The notes beneath the pieces are model-generated. The model was not told where the DNA came from and did not search any database. It was given only the letters and a program-made list of their open reading frames with translations. Source: the human T2T-CHM13v2.0 reference genome, Homo sapiens. From it: a DNA stretch of 64,000 nt. Made by a program: the position numbers and the translations under genes. The stretch lies in NCBI RefSeq assembly GCF_009914755.1, contig NC_060935.1; one strand, given 5' to 3'. Shown here piece by piece: positions 52,541 through 64,000 of the stretch; within the stretch, counting starts at the first letter, position 1; the number at the start of each line of letters is the position of its first letter.

Positions 52541-55500
52541 TTAGATGGCGCAGTTTCCAAACCCACTTTCTGTAGAATCTGCAAGTGGATATTTGGACTT
52601 CTCTGAGGATTTCGTTGGAAACGGGATAAACTTCCAGAACTACAGGGAAGCATTGTGAGAAACTTCTTTGTGATGTTTGCATTCAACTCACAGAGTTGAA
52701 CCTTGCTTTCATAGTTAAGCTTTCAAACACTCTTTTTGTAGAATCTGCAAGTGGATATTTGGACCACTTTGTGGCCTTCCTTCGAAACGGGTATATCTTC
52801 ACATCAAACCTAGACAGAAGCATTCTCAGAATGTTTCCTGTGATGACTGCATTCAACTCACAGAGGTGAACAATCCTGCTGATGGAGCAGTTTTGAAACT
52901 CTCTTTCTTTGGATTCTGCAAGTGGATATGTGGACCTCTGTGAAGATTTCGTTGGAAACGGGTTCATCTTCACAGAAAAACTAAACAGGAGCATTCTCAG
53001 AAACTGCTTTGTGATGTTTGTGTTCCACTTCAAGAATTGAACTTTCCTCTTGACAGAGCAGCTCTGAAACCCTATTTTTCTAGAATCTGCAAGTGGACAT
53101 TTGGAGGGCTTTGAGGCCTGTTGTGGAAATGGAAAATCTTCACATAAAAACTAGATGGAAGCATTCTCAGAAACTACTTTGTGATGATTGCATTCGACTC
53201 ACAGAGTTGAACATTCCTATAGATAGAGCAGGTTGTAAACAATCTTTTTGTAGAATCTGCGATTGGAGATTTGGACTGCTTTGAGGCCTACTGTAGTAAA
53301 GGAAATAACTTCATCTAAAAACCAAACGGAAGCATTCACAGACAATTCTTAGTGATCATTGGATTGAACTAACAGAGCTGAACATTCCTTTAGATGGAGC
53401 AGTTTCCAAACACACTTTCTGTAGAATCTGCAAGTGGATATTTGGACTTCTCTGAGGATTTCGTTGGAAACGGGATAAACTTCCCAGAACTACAGGGAAG
53501 CATTGTGAGAAACTTCTTTGTGATGTTTGCATTCAACTCACAGAGTTGAACCTTGCTTTCATAGTTCAGCTTTCAAACACTCTTTTTGGAGAATCTGCAA
53601 GTGGATATTTGGACCACTTTGTGGCCTTCCTTCGAAACGGGTATATCTTCACATCAAACCTAGACAGAAGCATTCTCAGAATGTTTCCTGTGATGACTGC
53701 ATTCAACTCACAGAGGTGAACAATCCTGTTGATGGAGCAGTTTTGAAACTCTCTTTCTTTGGATTCTGCAAGTGGATATGTGGACCTCTGTGAAGATTTC
53801 GTTGGAAACGGGTTCATCTTCACAGAAAAACTAAACAGAAGCATTCTCAGAAACTGCTTTGTGATGTTTGTGTTCCACTTCAGGAATTGAACTTTCCTCT
53901 TGACAGAGCAGCTCTGAAACCCTCTTATTCTAGAATCTGCAAGTGGACATTTGGAGGGCTTTGAGGCCTGTGGTGGAAAAGGAAAATCTTCACATAAAAA
54001 CTAGATGGAAGCATTCTCAGAAACTACTTTGTGATGATTGCATTCGACTCACAGAGTTGAACATTCCTATAGATAGAGCAGGTTGTAAACAATCTTTTTG
54101 TAGAATCTGCGATTGGAGATTTGGACTGCTTTGAGGCCTACTGTAGTAAAGGAAATAACTTCATCTAAAAACCAAACGGAAGCATTCACAGACAATTCTT
54201 AGTGATCATTGCATTGAACTAACAGAGCTGAACATTCCTTTAGATGGAGCAGTTTCCAAACACACTTTCTGTAGAACCTGCAAGTGGATATTTGGACCTC
54301 TCTGAGGATTTCGTTGGAAAAGGGATAAACTTCCCAGAACTACACGGAAGCATTGTGAGAAACTTCTTTGTGATGTTTGCATTCAACTCACAGAGTTGAA
54401 CCTTGCTTTCATAGTTCAGCTTTCAAACACTCTTTTTGTAGAATCTGCAAGTGGATATTTGGACCACTTTGTGGCCTTCCTTCGAAACGGGTATATCTTC
54501 ACATCAAACCTAGACAGAAGCATTCTCAGAATGTTTCCTGTGATGACTGCATTCAACTCACAGAGGTGAACAATCCTGCTGATGGAGCAGTTTTGAAACT
54601 CTCTTTCTTTGGATTCTGCAAGTGGATATGTGGACCTCTGTGAAGATTTCGTTGGAAACGGGTTCATCTTCACAGAAAAACTAAACAGAAGCATTCTCAG
54701 AAACTGCTTTGTGATGTTTGTGTTCCACTTCAGGAATTGAACTTTCCTCTTGACAGAGCAGCTCTGAAACCCTCTTATTCTAGAATCTGCAAGTGGACAT
54801 TTGGAGGGCTTTGAGGCCTGTGGTGGAAAAGGAAAATCTTCACATAAAAACTAGATGGAAGCATTCTCAGAAACTACTTTGTGATAATTGCATTCGACTC
54901 ACAGAGTTGAACATTCCTATAGATAGAGCAGGTTGTAAACAATCTTTTTGTAGAATCTGCGATTGGAGATTTGGACTGCTTTGAGGCCTACTGTAGTAAA
55001 GGAAATAACTTCATCTAAAAACCAAACGGAAGCATTCACAGACAATTCTTAGTGATCATTGCATTGAACTAACAGAGCTGAACATTCCTTTAGATGGAGC
55101 AGTTTCCAAACACACTTTCTGTAGAACCTGCAAGTGGATATTTGGACCTCTCTGAGGATTTCGTTGGAAACGGGATAAACTTCCCAGAACTACACGGAAG
55201 CATTGTGAGAAACTTCTTTCTGATGTTTGCATTCAACTCACAGAGTTGAACCTTGCTTTCATAGTTCAGCTTTCAAACACTCTTTTTGTAGAATCTGCAA
55301 GTGGATATTTGGACCACTTTGTGGCCTTCCTTCGAAACGGGTATATCTTCACATCAAACCTAGACAGAAGCATTCTCAGAATGTTTCCTGTGATGACTGC
55401 ATTCAACTCACAGAGGTGAACAATCCTGCTGATGGAGCAGTTTTGAAACTCTCTTTCTTTGGATTCTGCAAGTGGATATGTGGACCTCTGTGAAGATTTC

Positions 55501-58500
55501 GTTGGAAACGGGTTCATCTTCACAGAAAAACTAAACAGAAACATTCTCAGAAACTGCTTTGTGATGTTTGTGTTCCACTTCAGGAATTGAACTTTCCTCT
55601 TGACAGAGCAGCTCTGAAACCCTCTTATTCTAGAATCTGCAAGTGGACATTTGGAGGGCTTTGAGGCCTGTGGTGGAAAAGGAAAATCTTCACATAAAAA
55701 CTAGATGGAAGCATTCTCAGAAACTACTTTGTGATGATTGCATTCGACTCACAGAGTTGAACATTCCTATAGATAGAGCAGGTTGTAAACAATCTTTTTG
55801 TACAATCTGCGATTGGAGATTTGGACTGCTTTGAGGCCTACTGTAGTAAAGGAAATAACTTCATCTAAAAACCAAACGGAAGCATTCACAGACAATTCTT
55901 AGTGATCATTGGATTGAACTAACTGAGCTGAACATTCCTTTAGATGGCTCAGTTTCCAAACACACTTTCTGTAGAACCTGCAAGTGGATATTTGGACTTC
56001 TCTGAGGATTTCGTTGGAAAAGGGATAAACTTCCCAGAACTACACGGAAGCATTGTGAGAAACTTCTTTGTGATGTTTGCATTCAACTCACAGAGTTGAA
56101 CCTTGCTTTCATAGTTCAGCTTTCAAACACTCTTTTTGTAGAATCTGCAAGTGGATATTTGGACCACTTTGTGGCCTTCCTTCGAAACGGGTATATCTTC
56201 ACATCAAACCTAGACAGAAGCATTCTCAGAATGTTTCCTGTGATGACTGCATTCAACTCACAGAGGTGAACAATCCTGCTGATGGAGCAGTTTTGAAACT
56301 CTCTTTCTTTGGATTCTGCAAGTGGATATGTGGAGCTCTGTGAAGATTTCGTTGGAAACGGGTTCATCTTCACAGAAAAACTAAACAGGAGCATTCTCAG
56401 AAACTGCTTTGTGATGTTTGTGTTCCACTTCAAGAATTGAACTTTCCTCTTGACAGAGCAGCTCTGAAACCCTATTTTTCTAGAATCTGCAAGTGGACAT
56501 TTGGAGGGCTTTGAGGCCTGTTGTGGAAATGGAAAATCTTCACATAAAAACTAGATGGAAGCATTCTCAGAAACTACTTTGTGATGATTGCATTCGACTC
56601 ACAGAGTTGAACATTCCTATAGATAGAGCAGGTTGTAAACAATCTTTTTGTAGAATCTGCGATTGGAGATTTGGACTGCTTTGAGGCCTACTGTAGTAAA
56701 GGAAATAACTTCATCTAAAAACCAAACGGAAGCATTCACAGACAATTCTTAGTGATCATTGGATTGAACTAACAGAGCTGAACATTCCTTTAGATGGCGC
56801 AGTTTCCAAACCCACTTTCTGTAGAATCTGCAAGTGGATATTTGGACTTCTCTGAGGATTTCGTTGGAAACGGGATAAACTTCCAGAACTACACGGAAGC
56901 ATTGTGAGAAACTTCTTTGTGATGTTTGCATTCAACTCACAGAGTTGAACCTTGCTTTCATAGTTAAGCTTTCAAACACTCTTTTTGTAGAATCTGCAAG
57001 TGGATATTTGGACCACTTTGTGGCCTTCCTTCGAAACGGGTATATCTTCACATCAAACCTAGACAGAAGCATTCTCAGAATGTTTCCTGTGATGACTGCA
57101 TTCAACTCACAGAGGTGAACAATCCTGCTGATGGAGCAGTTTTGAAACTCTCTTTCTTTGGATTCTGCAAGTGGATATGTGGACCTCTGTGAAGATTTCG
57201 TTGGAAACGGGTTCATCTTCACAGAAAAACTAAACAGGAGCATTCTCAGAAACTGCTTTGTGATGTTTGTGTTCCACTTCAAGAATTGAACTTTCCTCTT
57301 GACAGAGCAGCTCTGAAACCCTATTTTTCTAGAATCTGCAAGTGGACATTTGGAGGGCTTTGAGGCCTGTTGTGGAAATGGAAAATCTTCACATAAAAAC
57401 TAGATGGAAGCATTCTCAGAAACTACTTTGTGATGATTGCATTCGACTCACAGAGTTGAACATTCCTATAGATAGAGCAGGTTGTAAACAATCTTTTTGT
57501 AGAATCTGCGATTGGAGATTTGGACTGCTTTGAGGCCTACTGTAGTAAAGGAAATAACTTCATCTAAAAACCAAACGGAAGCATTCACAGACAATTCTTA
57601 GTGATCATTGGATTGAACTAACAGAGCTGAACATTCCTTTAGATGGAGCAGTTTCCAAACACACTTTCTGTAGAATCTGCAAGTGGATATTTGGACTTCT
57701 CTGAGGATTTCGTTGGAAACGGGATAAACTTCCCAGAACTACAGGGAAGCATTGTGAGAAACTTCTTTGTGATGTTTGCATTCAACTCACAGAGTTGAAC
57801 CTTGCTTTCATAGTTCAGCTTTCAAACACTCTTTTTGGAGAATCTGCAAGTGGATATTTGGACCACTTTGTGGCCTTCCTTCGAAACGGGTATATCTTCA
57901 CATCAAACCTAGACAGAAGCATTCTCAGAATGTTTCCTGTGATGACTGCATTCAACTCACAGAGGTGAACAATCCTGTTGATGGAGCAGTTTTGAAACTC
58001 TCTTTCTTTGGATTCTGCAAGTGGATATGTGGACCTCTGTGAAGATTTCGTTGGAAACGGGTTCATCTTCACAGAAAAACTAAACAGAAGCATTCTCAGA
58101 AACTGCTTTGTGATGTTTGTGTTCCACTTCAGGAATTGAACTTTCCTCTTGACAGAGCAGCTCTGAAACCCTCTTATTCTAGAATCTGCAAGTGGACATT
58201 TGGAGGGCTTTGAGGCCTGTGGTGGAAAAGGAAAATCTTCACATAAAAACTAGATGGAAGCATTCTCAGAAACTACTTTGTGATGATTGCATTCGACTCA
58301 CAGAGTTGAACATTCCTATAGATAGAGCAGGTTGTAAACAATCTTTTTGTAGAATCTGCGATTGGAGATTTGGACTGCTTTGAGGCCTACTGTAGTAAAG
58401 GAAATAACTTCATCTAAAAACCAAACGGAAGCATTCACAGACAATTCTTAGTGATCATTGCATTGAACTAACAGAGCTGAACATTCCTTTAGATGGAGCA

Positions 58501-61100
58501 GTTTCCAAACACACTTTCTGTAGAACCTGCAAGTGGATATTTGGACCTCTCTGAGGATTTCGTTGGAAAAGGGATAAACTTCCCAGAACTACACGGAAGC
58601 ATTGTGAGAAACTTCTTTGTGATGTTTGCATTCAACTCACAGAGTTGAACCTTGCTTTCATAGTTCAGCTTTCAAACACTCTTTTTGTAGAATCTGCAAG
58701 TGGATATTTGGACCACTTTGTGGCCTTCCTTCGAAACGGGTATATCTTCACATCAAACCTAGACAGAAGCATTCTCAGAATGTTTCCTGTGATGACTGCA
58801 TTCAACTCACAGAGGTGAACAATCCTGCTGATGGAGCAGTTTTGAAACTCTCTTTCTTTGGATTCTGCAAGTGGATATGTGGACCTCTGTGAAGATTTCG
58901 TTGGAAACGGGTTCATCTTCACAGAAAAACTAAACAGAAGCATTCTCAGAAACTGCTTTGTGATGTTTGTGTTCCACTTCAGGAATTGAACTTTCCTCTT
59001 GACAGAGCAGCTCTGAAACCCTCTTATTCTAGAATCTGCAAGTGGACATTTGGAGGGCTTTGAGGCCTGTGGTGGAAAAGGAAAATCTTCACATAAAAAC
59101 TAGATGGAAGCATTCTCAGAAACTACTTTGTGATAATTGCATTCGACTCACAGAGTTGAACATTCCTATAGATAGAGCAGGTTGTAAACAATCTTTTTGT
59201 AGAATCTGCGATTGGAGATTTGGACTGCTTTGAGGCCTACTGTAGTAAAGGAAATAACTTCATCTAAAAACCAAACGGAAGCATTCACAGACAATTCTTA
59301 GTGATCATTGCATTGAACTAACAGAGCTGAACATTCCTTTAGATGGAGCAGTTTCCAAACACACTTTCTGTAGAACCTGCAAGTGGATATTTGGACCTCT
59401 CTGAGGATTTCGTTGGAAACGGGATAAACTTCCCAGAACTACACGGAAGCATTGTGAGAAACTTCTTTCTGATGTTTGCATTCAACTCACAGAGTTGAAC
59501 CTTGCTTTCATAGTTCAGCTTTCAAACACTCTTTTTGTAGAATCTGCAAGTGGATATTTGGACCACTTTGTGGCCTTCCTTCGAAACGGGTATATCTTCA
59601 CATCAAACCTAGACAGAAGCATTCTCAGAATGTTTCCTGTGATGACTGCATTCAACTCACAGAGGTGAACAATCCTGCTGATGGAGCAGTTTTGAAACTC
59701 TCTTTCTTTGGATTCTGCAAGTGGATATGTGGACCTCTGTGAAGATTTCGTTGGAAACGGGTTCATCTTCACAGAAAAACTAAACAGAAACATTCTCAGA
59801 AACTGCTTTGTGATGTTTGTGTTCCACTTCAGGAATTGAACTTTCCTCTTGACAGAGCAGCTCTGAAACCCTCTTATTCTAGAATCTGCAAGTGGACATT
59901 TGGAGGGCTTTGAGGCCTGTGGTGGAAAAGGAAAATCTTCACATAAAAACTAGATGGAAGCATTCTCAGAAACTACTTTGTGATGATTGCATTCGACTCA
60001 CAGAGTTGAACATTCCTATAGATAGAGCAGGTTGTAAACAATCTTTTTGTACAATCTGCGATTGGAGATTTGGACTGCTTTGAGGCCTACTGTAGTAAAG
60101 GAAATAACTTCATCTAAAAACCAAACGGAAGCATTCACAGACAATTCTTAGTGATCATTGGATTGAACTAACTGAGCTGAACATTCCTTTAGATGGCTCA
60201 GTTTCCAAACACACTTTCTGTAGAACCTGCAAGTGGATATTTGGACTTCTCTGAGGATTTCGTTGGAAAAGGGATAAAATTCCCAGAACTACACGGAAGC
60301 ATTGTGAGAAACTTCTTTGTGATGTTTGCATTCAACTCACAGAGTTGAACCTTGCTTTCATAGTTCAGCTTTCAAACACTCTTTTTGTAGAATCTGCAAG
60401 TGGATATTTGGACCACTTTGTGGCCTTCCTTCGAAACGGGTATATCTTCACATCAAACCTAGACAGAAGCATTCTCAGAATGTTTCCTGTGATGACTGCA
60501 TTCAACTCACAGAGGTGAACAATCCTGCTGATGGAGCAGTTTTGAAACTCTCTTTCTTTGGATTCTGCAAGTGGATATGTGGAGCTCTGTGAAGATTTCG
60601 TTGGAAACGGGTTCATCTTCACAGAAAAACTAAACAGGAGCATTCTCAGAAACTGTTTTGTGATGTTTGTGTTCCACTTCAAGAATTGAACTTTCCTCTT
60701 GACAGAGCAGCTCTGAAACCCTATTTTTCTAGAATCTGCAAGTGGACATTTGGAGGGCTTTGAGGCCTGTTGTGGAAATGGAAAATCTTCACATAAAAAC
60801 TAGATGGAAGCATTCTCAGAAACTACTTTGTGATGATTGCATTCGACTCACAGAGTTGAACATTCCTATAGATAGAGCAGGTTGTAAACAATCTTTTTGT
60901 AGAATCTGCGATTGGAGATTTGGACTGCTTTGAGGCCTACTGTAGTAAAGGAAATAACTTCATCTAAAAACCAAACGGAAGCATTCACAGACAATTCTTA
61001 GTGATCATTGGATTGAACTAACAGAGCTGAACATTCCTTTAGATGGCGCAGTTTCCAAACCCACTTTCTGTAGAATCTGCAAGTGGATATTTGGACTTCT
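52500..61100 (+). repeat. 5-HOR (4249-bp) tandem duplication
   Basis: Paired markers are the deletion at ~52634/~56883, AAGCTT at 52717/56966, GAGCTC at 56333/60582 and tttctga at ~55220/~59469. Confidence 0.85.
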
Positions 61101-64000
61101 CTGAGGATTTCGTTGGAAACGGGATAAACTTCCCAGAACTACAGGGAAGCATTGTGAGAAACTTCTCTGTGATGTTTGCATTCAACTCACAGAGTTGAAC
61201 CTTGCTTTCATAGTTCAGCTTTCAAACACTCTTTTTGGAGAATCTGCAAGTGGATATTTGGAACACTTTGTGGCCTTCCTTCGAAACGGGTATATCTTCA
61301 CATCAAACCTAGACAGAAGCATTCTCAGAATGTTTCCTGTGATGACTGCATTCAACTCACAGAGGTGAACAATCCTGTTGATGGAGCAGTTTTGAAACTC
61401 TCTTTCTTTGGATTCTGCAAGTGGATATGTGGACCTCTGTGAAGATTTCGTTGGAAACGGGTTCATCTTCACAGAAAAACTAAACAGAAGCATTCTCAGA
61501 AACTGCTTTGTGATGTTTGTGTTCCACTTCAGGAATTGAACTTTCCTCTTGACAGAGCAGCTCTGAAACCCTCTTATTCTAGAATCTGCAAGTGGACATT
61601 TGGAGGGCTTTGAGGCCTGTGTTGGAAAAGGAAAATCTTCACATAAAAACTAGATGGAAGCATTCTCAGAAACTACTTTGTGATGATTGAATTCGACTCA
61701 CAGAGTTGAACATTCCTATAGATAGAGCAGGTTGTAAACAATCTTTTTGTAGAATCTGCGATTGGAGATTTGGACTGCTTTGAGGCCTACTGTAGTAAAG
61801 GAAATAACTTCATCTAAAAACCAAACGGAAGCATTCACAGACAATTCTTAGTGATCATTGGATTGAACTAACAGAGCTGAACATTCCTTTAGATGGAGTA
61901 GTTTCCAAACACACTTTCTGTAGAACCTGCAAGTGGATATTTGGACCTCTCTGAGGATTTCGTTGGAAACGGGATAAACTTCCCAGAACTACACGGAAGC
62001 ATTGTGAGAAACTTCTTGTGATGTTTGCATTCAACTCACAGAGTTGAACCTTGCTTACATAGTTCAGCTTTCAAACACTCTTTTTGGAGAATCTGCAAGT
62101 GGATATTTGGACCACTTTGTGGCCTTCCTTCGAAACGGGTATATCTTCACATCAAACCTAGACAGAAGCATTCTCAGAATGTTTCCTGTGATGACTGCAT
62201 TCAACTCACAGAGGTGAACAATCCTGTTGATGGAGCAGTTTTGAAACTCTCTTTCTTTGGATTCTGCAAGTGGATATGTGGACCTCTGTGAAGATTTCGT
62301 TGGAAACGGGTTCATCTTCACAGAAAAACTAAACAGAAGCATTCTCAGAAACTGCTTTGTGATGTTTGTGTTCCACTTCAGGAATTGAACTTTCCTCTTG
62401 ACAGAGCAGCTCTGAAACCCTCTTATTCTAGAATCTGCAAGTGGACATTTGGAGGGCTTTGAGGCCTGTGGTGGAAAAGGAAAATCTTCACATAAAAACT
62501 AGATGGAAGCATTCTCAGAAACTACTTTGTGATGATTGCATTCGACTCACAGAGTTGAACATTCCTATAGATAGAGCAGGTTGTAAACAATCTTTTTGTA
62601 GAATCTGCGATTGGAGATTTGGACTGCTTTGAGGCCTACTGTAGTAAAGGAAATAACTTCATCTAAAAACCAAACGGAAGCATTCACAGACAATTCTTAG
62701 TGATCATTGCATTGAACTAACAGAGCTGAACATTCCTTTAGATGGAGCAGTTTCCAAACACACTTTCTGTAGAACCTGCAAGTGGATATTTGGACCTCTC
62801 TGAGGATTTCGTTGGAAAAGGGATAAACTTCCCAGAACTACACGGAAGCATTGTGAGAAACTTCTTTCTGATGTTTGCATTCAACTCACAGAGTTGAACC
62901 TTGCTTTCATAGTTCAGCTTTCAAACACTCTTTTTGTAGAATCTGCAAGTGGATATTTGGACCACTTTGTGGCCTTCCTTCGAAACGGGTATATCTTCAC
63001 ATCAAACCTAGACAGAAGCATTCTCAGAATGTTTCCTGTGATGACTGCATTCAACTCACAGAGGTGAACAATCCTGCTGATGGAGCAGTTTTGAAACTCT
63101 CTTTCTTTGGATTCTGCAAGTGGATATGTGGACCTCTGTGAAGATTTCGTTGGAAACGGGTTCATCTTCACAGAAAAACTAAACAGAAACATTCTCAGAA
63201 ACTGCTTTGTGATGTTTGTGTTCCACTTCAGGAATTGAACTTTCCTCTTGACAGAGCAGCTCTGAAACCCTCTTATTCTAGAATCTGCAAGTGGACATTT
63301 GGAGGGCTTTGAGGCCTGTGGTGGAAAAGGAAAATCTTCACATAAAAACTAGATGGAAGCATTCTCAGAAACTACTTTGTGATGATTGCATTCGACTCAC
63401 AGAGTTGAACATTCCTATAGATAGAGCAGGTTGTAAACAATCTTTTTGTACAATCTGCGATTGGAGATTTGGACTGCTTTGAGGCCTACTGTAGTAAAGG
63501 AAATAACTTCATCTAAAAACCAAACGGAAGCATTCACAGACAATTCTTAGTGATCATTGGATTGAACTAACTGAGCTGAACATTCCTTTAGATGGCTCAG
63601 TTTCCAAACACACTTTCTGTAGAACCTGCAAGTGGATATTTGGACTTCTCTGAGGATTTCGTTGGAAAAGGGATAAACTTCCCAGAACTACACGGAAGCA
63701 TTGTGAGAAACTTCTTTGTGATGTTTGCATTCAACTCACAGAGTTGAACCTTGCTTTCATAGTTCAGCTTTCAAACACTCTTTTTGTAGAATCTGCAAGT
63801 GGATATTTGGACCACTTTGTGGCCTTCCTTCGAAACGGGTATATCTTCACATCAAACCTAGACAGAAGCATTCTCAGAATGTTTCCTGTGATGACTGCAT
63901 TCAACTCACAGAGGTGAACAATCCTGCTGATGGAGCAGTTTTGAAACTCTCTTTCTTTGGATTCTGCAAGTGGATATGTGGAGCTCTGTGAAGATTTCGT

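Larger units (their letters stand above)
1..64000 (+). repeat. Alpha-satellite HOR array, 5-mer of 850 bp (SF3), most likely human chr11 centromere D11Z1; about 75.3 copies head-to-tail
   Basis: The sequence at 1 (agttgaaccttgctttcatag) recurs at 851, 1701, 2551 and onward. The ORF track repeats every 850 bp with a cumulative shift of 9 bp by the end. Alphoid motifs (gaagcattctcagaaact, tagaatctgcaagtggatatttgga) recur about every 170 bp. An 850-bp XbaI pentamer is the classical description of D11Z1; the chromosome assignment rests on that knowledge, not on a search. Confidence 0.95.

Noticed and set aside
23-63991. More than 200 short ORFs (60-116 aa), Cys/His-rich, repeating every 850 bp
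   Set aside because: They are translations of alpha satellite. The starts I checked are TTG or GTG (834, 400), the frames overlap on both strands and are broken freely by indels and stops, and there is no real zinc-finger spacing or recognisable domain.
1-64000. CRISPR-like or other repeat-spacer system
   Set aside because: There are no unique spacers and no associated genes; the entire sequence is periodic.
1-64000. L1, Alu or other insertion, an inversion, or a monomer-skipping HOR variant
   Set aside because: The 850-bp phase is kept throughout, and the total drift of 9 bp is fully explained by nine 1-bp deletions. Orientation never changes, and there is no poly-A tail or target-site duplication.
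1-64000. Claim that this window is the kinetochore or hypomethylated (CDR) site, or a previously undescribed system
   Set aside because: CENP-A position and methylation cannot be read from sequence, and all the structure seen fits known alpha-satellite evolution.

Overview
The whole 64 kb window is one uninterrupted, single-orientation array of primate alpha satellite. It holds about 75.3 copies of an 850-bp, 5-monomer higher-order repeat (HOR) of suprachromosomal family 3 (W1-W5, BBBAA box order), with usually one XbaI site per unit. This best matches the human chromosome 11 centromeric array D11Z1. I see no genes, RNA genes, transposon insertions, inversions or monomer-skipping HOR variants, and all listed ORFs are artefacts of the repeat. 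The informative structure lies in the variants: nested tandem duplications of 2, 3, 4 and 5 HORs, a haplotype switch near 42 kb, nine 1-bp deletions, periodic loss of CENP-B boxes, a probable conversion patch and a crossover mappable to about 50 bp. I found no support for a new biological system. Variant counts were read by eye and need confirmation by alignment.
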